DNA of 60,933 nt, counting the filler. It is 8 parts of 8 records of this genome, joined end to end, with 100 filler letters (N's around TTAATTAATTAA, not from the genome) between each part and the next. Parts side by side here need not be neighbours in the genome. Positions count along the whole stretch, not along the records: positions 1 to 7,915 come from SRR31156797_61330; positions 8,016 to 16,004 come from SRR31156797_61403; 6 more parts are not named here. One strand, given 5' to 3'. The position numbers and the translations under genes are program-made. Positions 1 to 10,514 of this stretch are shown here, one piece after another. How positions within the stretch are numbered: position 1 is the first letter of the stretch; each line of letters starts with the position of its first letter. Below the pieces are notes generated by a model. It saw only the letters and a program-made list of their open reading frames with translations, searched no databases and was not told where the DNA came from.

Positions 1-1037
1 CCGATTTCGATACCGTCGATCCGCAGTTTTCGAACGAACGCGGCACGACGCATCTTTTCGGAAGCGGCCTGATCGAGCTGCTGGCCCGTGAAATGACCGG
101 CGATCTGCGCGGCCAACGCGACGCCGCCCGCGCCCGCGCCCGGACCGAAGGTGCGCCGGTAACGATCGCGCTTTCCAGCAAGGGCGTGGATTTCGGCGAA
201 CTGACGGTGTTGCCGGACGGCTTTGCCGATGTTTCCGGCCTCGACGGCGTCGATCAGGACCTGATCGTGCGGCCGTTCAGCCAGAAGGGCGTATTCGTCT
301 CGATCCGGCAGTTCACGATCAACGCGTTCAACGCCCATCACGGCATCCAGGCTTCCGAACGGTTCGGGGCGCGCTATACCGGTACCGACGATTTCGACGA
401 AGACGGCGTCGCCGACGAGGCCAGCCCCGGCGATGTGACCGCCGCCGTTGCCTTCCAGGCGACCCTGCCGCCGCCCGGCCAGGTGCTGCCGGCGGACGAA
501 GATCGCCGTGCCGCCGTTGCCGCCGGCGCCGAGCTGTTCGACCAGGTCGGATGCGCCGAATGCCATGTTCCGGCATTGCCGCTGGAACGGACCGTGTTCG
601 TCGAGCCCAATCCGTTCAATCCGGCCGGCAATCTGCGCCAGGGCGACGTCGGACGGCCGCTCCGGATCGATCTGGCGAAGCTGTCCGAGGCCGCCGGCCT
701 GAAGCGTGACGGGCAGGGCCGCCTGCTGGTGCCGGCATTCACCGATTTGAAACGCCACGTCATTGCCGATGACGAGCGGCCGCATTTTGCCAACGAACTG
801 CTGAGCCAGCGGTTCGTCGAACGCGACCAGTTTTTGACGGCACGCCTGTGGGGGCTTGGCAGCAGCGCCCCCTATGGCCACCGCGGAGACCTGACGACGA
901 TTGACGAGGCCATCGTCAATCACGGGGGGGCCGCCGCCGATTCCAGGACCTTATACGAAGCCCTCCAGGACCTGGATCGGCGGCGCATCGTTGAATTCCT
1001 GCTCAGCCTGCGGATCGGATCGGAGACGCCGCGATGA
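1..1037 (+). CDS. Di-heme oxidoreductase (DHOR / thiol oxidoreductase-like) cytochrome c family protein, 5'-truncated
   Basis: Frame is open from the window edge (DFDTVDPQFSNERGTTHLFGSGLIELLAREM...). C-terminal heme motif CAECH, plus FTDLKRH, LWG and PYGHRGD motifs. Confidence 0.75.
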   Translation, partial: DFDTVDPQFSNERGTTHLFGSGLIELLAREMTGDLRGQRDAARARARTEGAPVTIALSSKGVDFGELTVLPDGFADVSGLDGVDQDLIVRPFSQKGVFVSIRQFTINAFNAHHGIQASERFGARYTGTDDFDEDGVADEASPGDVTAAVAFQATLPPPGQVLPADEDRRAAVAAGAELFDQVGCAECHVPALPLERTVFVEPNPFNPAGNLRQGDVGRPLRIDLAKLSEAAGLKRDGQGRLLVPAFTDLKRHVIADDERPHFANELLSQRFVERDQFLTARLWGLGSSAPYGHRGDLTTIDEAIVNHGGAAADSRTLYEALQDLDRRRIVEFLLSLRIGSETPR

Positions 1038-2653
1038 AGCGCGCCGCCGCCCTTTCCGCGATATTGCTGCTGGCCCAACCGGCCGCCGCCATCGATGTGC
1101 CGACGTTCGTCGACGAGGCGGCAAAGGCCGGCATCGATCATACCTACGACGGCGGCTGGGAATTTTACGTCGGCGGCGGTGTCGCGGTTCTCGATTGCGA
1201 TGCCGACGGACGCCAGGACCTGTTCCTGGCCGGCGGTTCCTCCGGTGCCGGCCTATTCCGCAACCTAAGCCCGACCGGCGGGGCGTTTCGGTTCGAGCGC
1301 CTGGATACCGAACCGGGCGGGATCGATCAGGTCATCGGCGCCTATCCGGTGGACATGGACGGTGACGGCGTGCAGGACCTGGCCGTGCTGCGGGTCGGCG
1401 AGAACCTTCTTTTCAAGGGACTGGGCGATTGCCGGTTCGAGGCCGCCAACGAAGCCTGGAGCTTCGACGGCGGCGATGCCTGGAGCACCGCGTTTGCCGC
1501 CCGCTGGGAACAGGGCGCGAGTTGGCCGACGATGGCGATCGGCAATTACGTGGATAGGAATGCGCCGGGGTCGCCGTTCGGCACCTGCCACGAAAACGCG
1601 CTCTATCGCCCGGACGCGGACGGTGCCGGGTTTGGTCAGCGAATAGCCTTGAAACCGGGCTGGTGTGCGCTGTCGGCGATCTTCACCGATTGGAACCGCA
1701 AGGGCGATCCGGACCTGCGGTTCAGCAACGATCGGCACTATTACCGCGGCGGCCAGGAACAGCTGTGGCGGATTTCGAACGGCAAGGCGCCGAAGCGTTA
1801 TGACCGCCGCGACGGCTGGCGCAAGCTGACCATCTGGGGCATGGGCATCGCCAGCCACGACCTCAACGACGACGGCTATCCCGATTATTTCCTGACCAGC
1901 ATGGGCGACAACAAGCTGCGCGTCCTGGCCAAGGGGGCCGGCAAGCCTTCATACCGTGACGACGCCCTGAAGACGGGCATTACCGCCCATCGCCCCTATA
2001 CCGGTGACGATCTGCAGCCGTCGACGGCCTGGCACAGCGAATTCCGCGACGTCAACAACGACGGCTTCATCGACCTGTTCATTGCCAAGGGCAATGTCGA
2101 AGCGATGCAGGATTTCGCCCAGCGCGATCCCAACAACTTGCTGATCGGACAGCCCGGCGGCGGGTTTGCCGAAAGCGGCGAAGCCGCCGGCATCGTCAAT
2201 TTCAACCGCGCCCGCGGGGCCGCCCTGCCGGACCTCAATCTCGACGGATTGCCCGATCTGGTCGTCGTCAATCGATACGAGCCGGCCGAAATCCGGCGCA
2301 ATGTCGGGGTCGGTACGGCCGAAAACCCGGTGCCGCTGGGCAATTGGCTGCAGATCAAGCTGGTCCAGGACGATGCCAACCGGCACGCCATCGGGGCCTG
2401 GGTCGAGGTCCGCATCGGGACCCGCACGTTGCGCCGCGAGATCACCGCCGGCGGCGGCCATGCCGGCGGATCGTCGGGGTGGATTCATTTCGGAACCGGA
2501 ACCGCCGAACGGGCCCGGGTCCGGGTGCAGTGGCCGGACGGCGAGTGGGGCCCGTGGATAAGGCTTTATACCAATCAATTCGCGCGCATCACGCGGGGCA
2601 ACCCGAGGGCCGAGATCTGGCTGCCGCCGGCCGGCGAAGGAGGGACCGGATGA
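1034..2653 (+). CDS. CRTAC1-family secreted protein (FG-GAP/VCBS repeats + ASPIC/UnbV C-terminus)
   Basis: Signal peptide, repeated DxDxDGxxDL motifs, C-terminal NRHAIGAWV...WIHFGTG...VQWPDG. ATGA overlap with the upstream gene. Confidence 0.85.
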   Translation: MKRAAALSAILLLAQPAAAIDVPTFVDEAAKAGIDHTYDGGWEFYVGGGVAVLDCDADGRQDLFLAGGSSGAGLFRNLSPTGGAFRFERLDTEPGGIDQVIGAYPVDMDGDGVQDLAVLRVGENLLFKGLGDCRFEAANEAWSFDGGDAWSTAFAARWEQGASWPTMAIGNYVDRNAPGSPFGTCHENALYRPDADGAGFGQRIALKPGWCALSAIFTDWNRKGDPDLRFSNDRHYYRGGQEQLWRISNGKAPKRYDRRDGWRKLTIWGMGIASHDLNDDGYPDYFLTSMGDNKLRVLAKGAGKPSYRDDALKTGITAHRPYTGDDLQPSTAWHSEFRDVNNDGFIDLFIAKGNVEAMQDFAQRDPNNLLIGQPGGGFAESGEAAGIVNFNRARGAALPDLNLDGLPDLVVVNRYEPAEIRRNVGVGTAENPVPLGNWLQIKLVQDDANRHAIGAWVEVRIGTRTLRREITAGGGHAGGSSGWIHFGTGTAERARVRVQWPDGEWGPWIRLYTNQFARITRGNPRAEIWLPPAGEGGTG

Positions 2654-2866
2654 GCGCGGTTCGGCATCTTTGCTGCGTGTTTACCCCCTTTTTTGATGGA
2701 TCCGCGTCGTGTTGCGACGATGGCGCAAGCGGCCTGACAAAGGAGGGATAAGGATGACCGGCTTTTAATCGCCGGTCTTGGAGAGGGAGGTCACAAAAGG
2801 TGTTTTCCCACAGGGGTTGAAAAGCAAAAACAACTGCAACCGAACTACCACAATAGGAGAGGTGCT

Positions 2867-3922
2867 ATGTCGTTTAAACTATCCAAAACCATCGTATCGG
2901 GGGCGTTGATCAGCCTGGGCATGAGTGTCGCCCTGGTTGGCACCGCCGCCGCCAAGGACATGGTCATCGGCGTCAGCTGGGCCAACTTCCAGGAAGAACG
3001 CTGGAAAACCGACGAAGCGGCAATGAAGGGCGTTATCGATTCCATGGGCGCCAAATACATCAGCGCCGATGCCCAAAGCTCGAATGAGAAGCAGATCGCC
3101 GACATCGAAAGCCTGATCACGCGCGGGGCCGATGCCCTGATCGTTCTGGCTTGGGATTCCGCGGCCGTTCTGCCGGGCATCGAAAAGGCCGTCGCCGAGG
3201 GCATTCCGGTCGTCGGTTACGACCGCCTGATCGAAGACAAGCGGGTCTTCTATCTGACATTCGACAACGTCGAAGTCGGCCGCATCCAGGCCCGTGAAGT
3301 CTTCAAGAAGCAGCCCAAGGGCAACTACGTGTTCATCAAGGGCTACGATGCCGACCCCAACGCCGACTTCCTGCACGGCGGACAGCTTGAAGTTCTCAAG
3401 GCTGCCATCGACAAGGGCGACATCAAGATCGTCGGCGAGCAGTACACCGACGGCTGGAAGCCGGAAGTGGCACAGCGCAACATGGAACAGATTCTGACCG
3501 CCGCCAACAACAAGGTCGACGCGGTTGTCGCCTCCAACGACGGCACCGCCGGCGGCGTCGTCGCGGCGCTTTCCGCGGTTGGCATGGAAGGGATCCCGGT
3601 TTCCGGTCAGGACGGCGACCATGCCGCGCTGAACCGCGTTGCCAAGGGTCTGCAGACCGTCAGCGTCTGGAAAGACGCGCGTGAGCTTGGCAAGGCCGCG
3701 GCCGATATCGCCATTCAATTGGCCAAAGGCACCGCCATGGACAAGGTCAAGGGAAGTGTCCTGTTTTCCAACGGTCCGAAAAAAGTGGCGATGAATTCCG
3801 TTCTTCTGGCGCCGGTTCCGATCCGGTGGGACAACCTCAACCTCGTCATCGACGGCGGTTGGGTGAAGAAGGAAGTCGTCTGTCAGGGCGTGACCAAAAA
3901 CGTCCCGGCTGCCTGCAAGTAA
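2867..3922 (+). CDS. xylF: D-xylose ABC transporter substrate-binding protein
   Basis: [28 protein letters not shown] and VSGQDGD motifs; signal peptide; AGGAG SD. Confidence 0.85.
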   Translation: MSFKLSKTIVSGALISLGMSVALVGTAAAKDMVIGVSWANFQEERWKTDEAAMKGVIDSMGAKYISADAQSSNEKQIADIESLITRGADALIVLAWDSAAVLPGIEKAVAEGIPVVGYDRLIEDKRVFYLTFDNVEVGRIQAREVFKKQPKGNYVFIKGYDADPNADFLHGGQLEVLKAAIDKGDIKIVGEQYTDGWKPEVAQRNMEQILTAANNKVDAVVASNDGTAGGVVAALSAVGMEGIPVSGQDGDHAALNRVAKGLQTVSVWKDARELGKAAADIAIQLAKGTAMDKVKGSVLFSNGPKKVAMNSVLLAPVPIRWDNLNLVIDGGWVKKEVVCQGVTKNVPAACK

Positions 3923-3936
3923 AACCTTACTCTGAA

Positions 3937-3988
3937 CGGCCGGTGGAGACGCCGGGCCCTCGATTGGCCCGAAAATCTCCACCGGCCG
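3937..3988 (+). other. Strong intercistronic stem-loop after xylF (probable mRNA stabiliser)
   Basis: CGGCCGGTGGAGA...TCTCCACCGGCCG 13-bp stem with inner CGGGCC/GGCCCG; no U-tract. Confidence 0.55.
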
Positions 3989-4082
3989 CCCCGTTTCGAA
4001 TAAACTTGATGGAATCGAAGCCGCGCAACCTCAAAATCGCTGGGGTTCGCCGTTCTGTTTCGTCAGGGGGGAAAACGACAAC

Positions 4083-5312
4083 ATGAACGATAATGCAACA
4101 ACCGCGGCGCCGACCGAAGGCGCGGTCGAAAGGCTGGCCCGGATATTCGGTCTCGATATGCGCATGGCCGCCATGATCGCCGCCCTGTTGGTGATCTGGC
4201 TGGTTTTCCACGTCTTTACCGACTTCCTGTTCTTGAGCCCACGCAATCTTTACAACCTGGCCGTCCAAAGCACCGTCGTCGCGATCATGGCGACCGGCAT
4301 GGTGCTGGTCATCGTGGCCCGCCATATCGATCTGTCGGTGGGATCCCTGGTCGGTTTCTCGGGCATGATGCTGGCCTGGTTCCAGGTTGAGGTCTTTCCC
4401 ATCGAAACCGGTTGGAACTGGCCGGTGTCGATTCTTATCGGCCTGGCCATCGGCGGCGGCATCGGCCTCGTTCAGGGTGCCATCATCGCCTATGGCGGGG
4501 TTCCCGCCTTCGTCGTCACCCTGGCCGGCCTGCTGATCTGGCGCGGCGGCGCCTGGATGGTGACCGAGGGCCGCACCGTCGCCCCGATGGACACCACCTA
4601 CCAGATGCTCGGTGGCGGCATCAACGGCTCCATCGGCGAATTCTGGAGCTGGGTCGTCGGCCTTATCGCCATGGCCGTGGTCATCGTCATCAGCTTGCAG
4701 GCCCGGCGCAAAAAGCTGCAATACGGGTTTGCGGCGCGCCCGATGTGGGCAGAGATCACCATCATCGCGGTTTGGGTGGCGGTGATCGCCGGCTTCGTCC
4801 TGGTGATGAATTCCTATTACAAGCCGCGCACCGAAATCCCGCGCGGCATCCCGGTGCCGGTTCTGGTCCTGATCGTCGTCGTCATTGCCATGACGTTCCT
4901 GTCCCGGGCGACCAAGTTCGGCCGTTACGTTTTTGCCATGGGCGGCAATCCGGAGGCGGCCGAACTGGCCGGTATCAACACCAAGCGCGCGACCATGATG
5001 GTGTTTGCGTTGATGGGGGTCCTGTGCGCGGTGGCTGCCGTCATCACGACGGCGCGGCTGAACGCCGGGGCCAATTCGATGGGCCTGTTGGCCGAGCTCA
5101 GCGTCATCGCCGCGGCGGTTCTCGGCGGTACCACGTTCACGGGCGGCGTCGGCACGGTGCCGGGCGCGATCCTGGGCGCGGTTCTGATGCAAAGCCTCGA
5201 GAACGGCATGGTCCTGCTTGGCGTTCCCAGCGCCATGCAGCGCATGATCATCGGCGCCGTCTTGATCGCCGCCGTATTTGTCGACGTCATGTACCGCCGG
5301 CGAAACCGCTAG
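4083..5312 (+). CDS. xylH: Xylose ABC transporter permease
   Basis: IDLSVGS and [20 protein letters not shown] motifs; multiple TM segments; follows xylF. Confidence 0.85.
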   Translation: MNDNATTAAPTEGAVERLARIFGLDMRMAAMIAALLVIWLVFHVFTDFLFLSPRNLYNLAVQSTVVAIMATGMVLVIVARHIDLSVGSLVGFSGMMLAWFQVEVFPIETGWNWPVSILIGLAIGGGIGLVQGAIIAYGGVPAFVVTLAGLLIWRGGAWMVTEGRTVAPMDTTYQMLGGGINGSIGEFWSWVVGLIAMAVVIVISLQARRKKLQYGFAARPMWAEITIIAVWVAVIAGFVLVMNSYYKPRTEIPRGIPVPVLVLIVVVIAMTFLSRATKFGRYVFAMGGNPEAAELAGINTKRATMMVFALMGVLCAVAAVITTARLNAGANSMGLLAELSVIAAAVLGGTTFTGGVGTVPGAILGAVLMQSLENGMVLLGVPSAMQRMIIGAVLIAAVFVDVMYRRRNR

Positions 5313-5331
5313 GCGCGGGAGGAAACGAGAA

Positions 5332-6108
5332 ATGACAACCACTCCTCTTGTCGAGTTGCGCAACATCCACAAACGTTTCGGCGGCGTTCACGCCGTCAAC
5401 GATGTTTCGCTCGACCTCAACTCCGGCGAGGTGGTCGGCGTTCTGGGCCACAACGGCGCCGGAAAATCGGTTTTGATGAAGACCCTTTCGGGCGCCATCC
5501 TGCGGGATGCCGGCGAAATCCTGATCAACGGCAAGGCCGTCGAAATCAACGGCCCGCGCGATGCCCAGGCGCTCGGTATCGAAACCATCTATCAGACCCT
5601 GGCCCTGGCCGATAACCTGGATGCGCCCGCCAACCTGTTTCTGGGCCGCGAAATGCAGACCCGCTTCGGCACGCTGGATCACGACGCCATGGAATCGGCC
5701 AGCCGCAAGGTCATCAACCGGCTCAATCCCAACTTCACGAACGTGCTCGATCCGGTGCGCAACATGTCGGGCGGCCAGCGTCAATCGGTCGCCATCGCCC
5801 GGGCCATATTTTTCGATGCCAAGATCCTGATCATGGACGAACCGACCGCGGCCCTGGGCCCCCACGAAACGGCGATGGTGGCCGACCTGATCAAGCAGTT
5901 GAAGGCCGACGGCATCGGCATCTTCCTGATCAGCCACGATCTGCACGACGTGTTCGATCTGTCCGATCGGGTCACCGTGATGAAAAACGGCCAGAAGGTC
6001 GGGACCGTCAATACAGGCGATGTCACCAAGGACGAAGTCCTGGGCATGATCATTCTGGGCAAGATGCCGCATGAGGAAACCGCGGAGGAATTGAAGGGAT
6101 TTCACTAA
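5332..6108 (+). CDS. xylG: Sugar ABC transporter ATP-binding protein (single NBD)
   Basis: [33 protein letters not shown] precedes ATG 5332. Confidence 0.85.
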   Translation: MTTTPLVELRNIHKRFGGVHAVNDVSLDLNSGEVVGVLGHNGAGKSVLMKTLSGAILRDAGEILINGKAVEINGPRDAQALGIETIYQTLALADNLDAPANLFLGREMQTRFGTLDHDAMESASRKVINRLNPNFTNVLDPVRNMSGGQRQSVAIARAIFFDAKILIMDEPTAALGPHETAMVADLIKQLKADGIGIFLISHDLHDVFDLSDRVTVMKNGQKVGTVNTGDVTKDEVLGMIILGKMPHEETAEELKGFH

Positions 6109-6876
6109 GTGACTGACTTTACGCGTTATCCCAGTCTCGCCGACGTGCCGGTCCTGATTACCGGCGGCGGGACCGGGATCGGGGCCAGCCTGGTCGAACA
6201 TTTCTGCCAGCAGTCCTCGCGGGTCGCATTCGTCGATGTCGCCGAGGAGCCGTCCGAAAAACTTGCCGATGAGATGCAATCGAAGGGATATCCGCGCCCC
6301 GTTTTTGCGCGCTGCGATTTGCGCGATATCGAAGCCCTGCGTGTCGTTGTGTCCCAGGTTGGCGAGGAACTCGGGCCAATCCGGGTTCTGGTGAATAACG
6401 CCGCCAACGACGACCGCCACGAGATCGACGAGGTGACGCCGGAATACTGGGACGACCGGTTTGCGGTCAATCTGCGCCATCAGTTCTTCGCGGCGCAGGC
6501 CGTGCATCCGCAGATGAAGGAAGCCGGCGGCGGTTCCATCGTCAATATGGGCTCGATCGTCTGGAAGATCGGCTATGGCGGGCTTCCCGGCTACAGTACG
6601 GCGAAGGCCGCGGTGTCGGGCATGACCCGCGGTTTGGCCCGCGATTTCGGGCCGGACAAGATCCGGGTCAATACGGTCCTGCCCGGCGCCATCCTGACGA
6701 GGCGTCAGCTCGACCTTTGGTTCACCGAGGACTTCAAGAAAGAGACCCTGGACCGCCAGTGCCTGAAGGAATTTCTGTATCCGCCCGATGTCGCCCGCAT
6801 GGTTTTGTTCCTGGCTTCGGACGACAGCCGGCTTTGTACCTCCCAGGAATATATTGTCGACGGCGGCTGGGTGTAA
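6109..6876 (+). CDS. SDR oxidoreductase, D-xylose 1-dehydrogenase-like (Caulobacter XylB type)
   Basis: YPSL..VLITGGGTGIG, NNAANDDRH, VNLRHQFF, YSTAK; GTG start abuts the xylG stop. Confidence 0.75.
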   Translation: MTDFTRYPSLADVPVLITGGGTGIGASLVEHFCQQSSRVAFVDVAEEPSEKLADEMQSKGYPRPVFARCDLRDIEALRVVVSQVGEELGPIRVLVNNAANDDRHEIDEVTPEYWDDRFAVNLRHQFFAAQAVHPQMKEAGGGSIVNMGSIVWKIGYGGLPGYSTAKAAVSGMTRGLARDFGPDKIRVNTVLPGAILTRRQLDLWFTEDFKKETLDRQCLKEFLYPPDVARMVLFLASDDSRLCTSQEYIVDGGWV

Positions 6877-6979
6877 TATCCCTTTGCCTGCATGCCGGTC
6901 GGCCGCATGAGCGGCCGATGCGGACGCGCGAACAACAATCAAGCCCCGGAGCAGCCGTCGGCGGCGGGAGGAAAAAAGA

Positions 6980-7915
6980 ATGGCCCTTATCGATCTTCGC
7001 AGCGACACCGTAACCCATCCGACCGAAGCCATGCGCCGCTCGATGGCCGAAGCCGAAGTCGGCGACGACGGCCGCGAGCGCGATCCGACGGCGCGCCGCC
7101 TGGAGATCCTGGCCGCCGACATGCTGGGCAAGGACGAAGGGCTGTTCGTGGTCAGCGGCACGGTTTCCAACACCGTCGCCATCATGGCCAATGTGCGCGA
7201 GCCGGGCACCGTTCTGGCCCATGAAAAGGCGCATATTCTGCGCTCGGAGATGGGCGCGTTAAGCACGATGGCGAGCCTGTTCTATATCCCGGTTCCGGGC
7301 GCGAACGGCGCCATGGATCTGGATGCGCTTCGCGGCGCGGTGCAGCCGACGCTCAAGGACGGGCAGCTACCGACCGTGCTGATCGAGGTCGAGAGCACCC
7401 ACAACTATGCCGGCGGCCGGGCCCTGGCGCTGGACCATCTGGCAGGCGTGCGCGAGATCGCCGACGAATTCGGCATCCCCGTGCACATGGACGGGGCCCG
7501 CATCTTCAATGCCGCCGTTGCCCTGGGCGTGCCGGTCCGCGAGATCGCCCAATACGCCGATACCGTCAGCTTCTGCCTGTCGAAGGGATTGAGCGCGCCG
7601 ATCGGTTCGCTGATCGTCGGCGGCGCCGAAGTGATGGCCCGGGCCCATGCCATCCGCAAGATGATCGGCGGCACCCTGCGTCAGGCCGGCGTCATCGCCG
7701 CACCCGGCATTATCGCCCTTGAGACCATGGTCGATCGCCTGGCCGAGGACCACGCCAACGCACAAATCCTGGCCGAGGGGTTGCATGCCGCCGATCCGGC
7801 CCTGGTCGATCCGGCCGACATCGACAGCAACATCATCATGGTCGATGTCTCGAAATCGGGGCGCAACACCGCCTGGTGGGCCGAAACCCTGAAAGCGAAG
7901 GGCGTCTGGACCCTG
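6980..7915 (+). CDS. ltaE: Low-specificity L-threonine aldolase family (PLP), 3'-truncated
   Basis: IDLRSDTVT, HMDGARIFNA, CLSKGLSAPIGS. Confidence 0.8.
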
Positions 7916-8015
7916 NNNNNNNNNNNNNNNNNNNNNNNNNNNNNNNNNNNNNNNNNNNNTTAATTAATTAANNNNNNNNNNNNNNNNNNNNNNNNNNNNN
8001 NNNNNNNNNNNNNNN
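7916..8015. other. Artificial contig spacer
   Basis: N-run + TTAATTAATTAA (stop in all six frames) + N-run. Confidence 0.99.
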
Positions 8016-8063
8016 CCACGACCCTCTTTTTTTAAACGTCATTCCCCAAAATGAGGTGCATCC

Positions 8064-8486
8064 ATGTACAAGGATGTTATAGAAATCGAACAGCTGCTTT
8101 ATCGTTGTTGCCACGCGGTGGACCAAGGCAATCTGGATAAGTTCATTGATGTTTTCCATCCCAATGCCAGGTTGATAATAAACTGGGAGGAAAATGGAAC
8201 ATATTCCGGACATGAAGCAATCGGCAACTGGCTAATGAACTACGATCAAGTCATCACGGACTCAATGAAATACCTGCGCCATAAAATCTCCTGTCCCATG
8301 ATCGAGGTCAATGGAGATACCGCCACCGCTTTTTCCTATCTCGATGTTGATGCGTCTCCCAAAGAAACCGGCAATGTAATCATAACAACCGGCCGCTATG
8401 AAGAAAAACTTGTCAAGGCCGAAGGACGCTGGTTCTTAAAAGAAAAATCGGTATTTATTGACGACACATACACCATAATGAAATAA
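8064..8486 (+). CDS. SnoaL-like / NTF2-family protein
   Basis: EIEQLLYRCCHAVD...RHKIS...GRYEEKLVKAEGRWF pattern; GAGG SD. Confidence 0.75.
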   Translation: MYKDVIEIEQLLYRCCHAVDQGNLDKFIDVFHPNARLIINWEENGTYSGHEAIGNWLMNYDQVITDSMKYLRHKISCPMIEVNGDTATAFSYLDVDASPKETGNVIITTGRYEEKLVKAEGRWFLKEKSVFIDDTYTIMK

Positions 8487-8666
8487 GGTGACCGAACCAT
8501 TTCCCGCACAGGAAGCGCACAAAGGTGCGCTTCTTCGGCCGCTCCGCTCTCTTTTGAACGACTTCCCCTTTTCCACAGATCATATTATCCCCATTTCGGA
8601 TGAAAAAACCTTGATTCACAATTTTTTCTTGAACGCCTCGACACACCGGCCCGAAACCAGCAATTG

Positions 8667-9014
8667 ATGGATCGGGTAAGCAATGGCATCGAGGAGATCA
8701 TTGGAGACTGGCCGGAAACATACGGGCGGCTGGTATTACCGGAGGATGTTCCGCCTCCGGGACCGGATGGACTTGCACCCGCGCTGCTGGACGAAGCGGC
8801 TGCGATTATCTTAGCCGGTTCCGACGAGTTGCTTCACGCTGAGCTTGACCTGGTTTTAAAAGGCTTATCTTTCCTGCTGGAAAATGAGGAAGATCCAGAC
8901 GCCATGGGCCTGCCTTCACGACTGATCCAGCGGTTGCCAAGCCAGCGGGAAAAAATCGTTGAAGCCCTGGAGCCCCTCTGCTCTGAGAAACAAAAGAAGC
9001 TTTTATTGGAATAG
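8667..9014 (+). CDS. Hypothetical protein
   Basis: Acidic, helical ORF with protein-like composition; start uncertain. Confidence 0.5.
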   Translation: MDRVSNGIEEIIGDWPETYGRLVLPEDVPPPGPDGLAPALLDEAAAIILAGSDELLHAELDLVLKGLSFLLENEEDPDAMGLPSRLIQRLPSQREKIVEALEPLCSEKQKKLLLE

Positions 9015-9195
9015 AATCAAATTGCAACTGCACGGCACGTTGATTCTCCCTGTTTTAACCATGCAGTTTTCTTCATGGTAAGCGCAGCTGCCGCTTCAAA
9101 GTAGACCCGGGAGGTTGAAAAACCGGTGTTCTTCAAAATGGTTTTCTGGTATAGATGCGAGCTGAACAACGTTGCTTTATTTTGAAAGGAGAACC

Positions 9196-10071
9196 ATGAA
9201 AAATCCCGTCCCACGAACCGCAGCCATCCACGACATGTCAGGCTTCGGCAGAGCCTCCCTCACGGTCATCATCCCGATCCTCTCTAACATGGGGGTCCAG
9301 GTATGCCCCTTGCCCACGGCGGTGCTCTCCACCCATACCGGCGGATTTGACAATTACACCTTTACGGACCTGAGCGATGCCATGCCGGCCATCATTGATC
9401 ACTGGAAGGAACTTGAGATATCGTTTGACGCGATCTACTCGGGATTTCTGGGCTCTTCAAAGCAGGTGGACATCGTCTCCGGATTCATAGACGACTTTTC
9501 AAGGCCCTCCCAGCTGGTGGTGGTGGACCCGGTCATGGGGGACAACGGCAAGCCCTACGCCACCATGACCCGGGAGCTGATGCTGAAGATGCGGACCTTG
9601 GTGAACAAGGCGGACATCATCACCCCCAACTTCACCGAGGCGGCCTTTCTTCTGGACGAGCCTGTCCTTGGGGAGGTGAGCGAATCAAAGGTCAAGGAGA
9701 TGCTCCTCAGGCTTTCGGAAATGGGGCCGGGAACGGTCATCATGACCAGTGTGCCCGTGCCGGGCAGGAAGAGCATGTCGTCGGTGGTGGCCTTTGACCG
9801 GGAGGACGGCCGGTTCTGGAAGGTGGACTGCACCTATATCCCGGCCCACTATCCCGGAACCGGGGACGCCTTTGCCAGCGTGCTCGTGGGAAGCCTTCTC
9901 CAGGGGGACAGCCTGCCCATCGCCCTGGACAGATCGGTGCATTTTGTGTCCACGGCCATCCGAACCACCTTTGGGTACTCCTGTCCTCCGAGGGAGGGAG
10001 TGTTCCTGGAACGGGTGCTTCCCAATCTTAACGCTCCGGTCACCGCTTCCAGCTATGAAATCCTGGACTAG
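9196..10071 (+). CDS. pdxK: Pyridoxal/pyridoxamine kinase
   Basis: HDMSGFGRASL, PTAVLSTHT, DPVMGDNG, ITPNFTEA, GTGD; AAGGAG SD. Confidence 0.88.
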   Translation: MKNPVPRTAAIHDMSGFGRASLTVIIPILSNMGVQVCPLPTAVLSTHTGGFDNYTFTDLSDAMPAIIDHWKELEISFDAIYSGFLGSSKQVDIVSGFIDDFSRPSQLVVVDPVMGDNGKPYATMTRELMLKMRTLVNKADIITPNFTEAAFLLDEPVLGEVSESKVKEMLLRLSEMGPGTVIMTSVPVPGRKSMSSVVAFDREDGRFWKVDCTYIPAHYPGTGDAFASVLVGSLLQGDSLPIALDRSVHFVSTAIRTTFGYSCPPREGVFLERVLPNLNAPVTASSYEILD

Positions 10072-10265
10072 TATTGATTTTTTGCTAATAAGCGATATCC
10101 CATAACCCGTAAAGGCGGACCAGACGGGCCTGTCAGCCGGTTACAGGCCCGGGGGCTCCGGCGACGGGACAGTTGACTTAATCCCCGGGATGCTGTATGT
10201 CAGTAGGAGGATTCACGATGCTGATTTGTTAGTTTGACTTGGATAATCTTGAGAAGGATTTCAAA

Positions 10266-10514
10266 ATGTTTTACGAAGCTATTTACGCACCGCAGGAAAC
10301 CTCAAAGCTGTCGGACAAGGCTTTGAAATTTGTTGGGAAACAGGTAGCCATACAGGATGGAGGTCAGGAGGAGCTGACACCCGGCCATGCAACGGTTGTC
10401 TATATAGCCTCCCCCAGTTTCGGACTCATACCGAATCACGATCTCAAGTCCATTACCTCCATCCCCCTCAGCCGATGGACAGAACTATCGGAGCGGAACA
10501 AAAAGGAAATTTAG
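10266..10514 (+). CDS. Small hypothetical protein (MFYEAIYAPQ...)
   Basis: AAGGA SD before ATG 10266; stop overlaps the convergent pyk stop. Confidence 0.6.
   Translation: MFYEAIYAPQETSKLSDKALKFVGKQVAIQDGGQEELTPGHATVVYIASPSFGLIPNHDLKSITSIPLSRWTELSERNKKEI

Noticed and set aside
2879-7266. Long antisense ORFs (367, 481 and 659 aa)
   Set aside because: Shadow frames of GC-rich genes with strong codon bias; no recognisable motifs.
8600-8666. Possible A6 frameshift extending ORF 8667 upstream (MKNLDSQ...)
   Set aside because: No SD before ATG 8600 and no homology evidence; cannot be supported.
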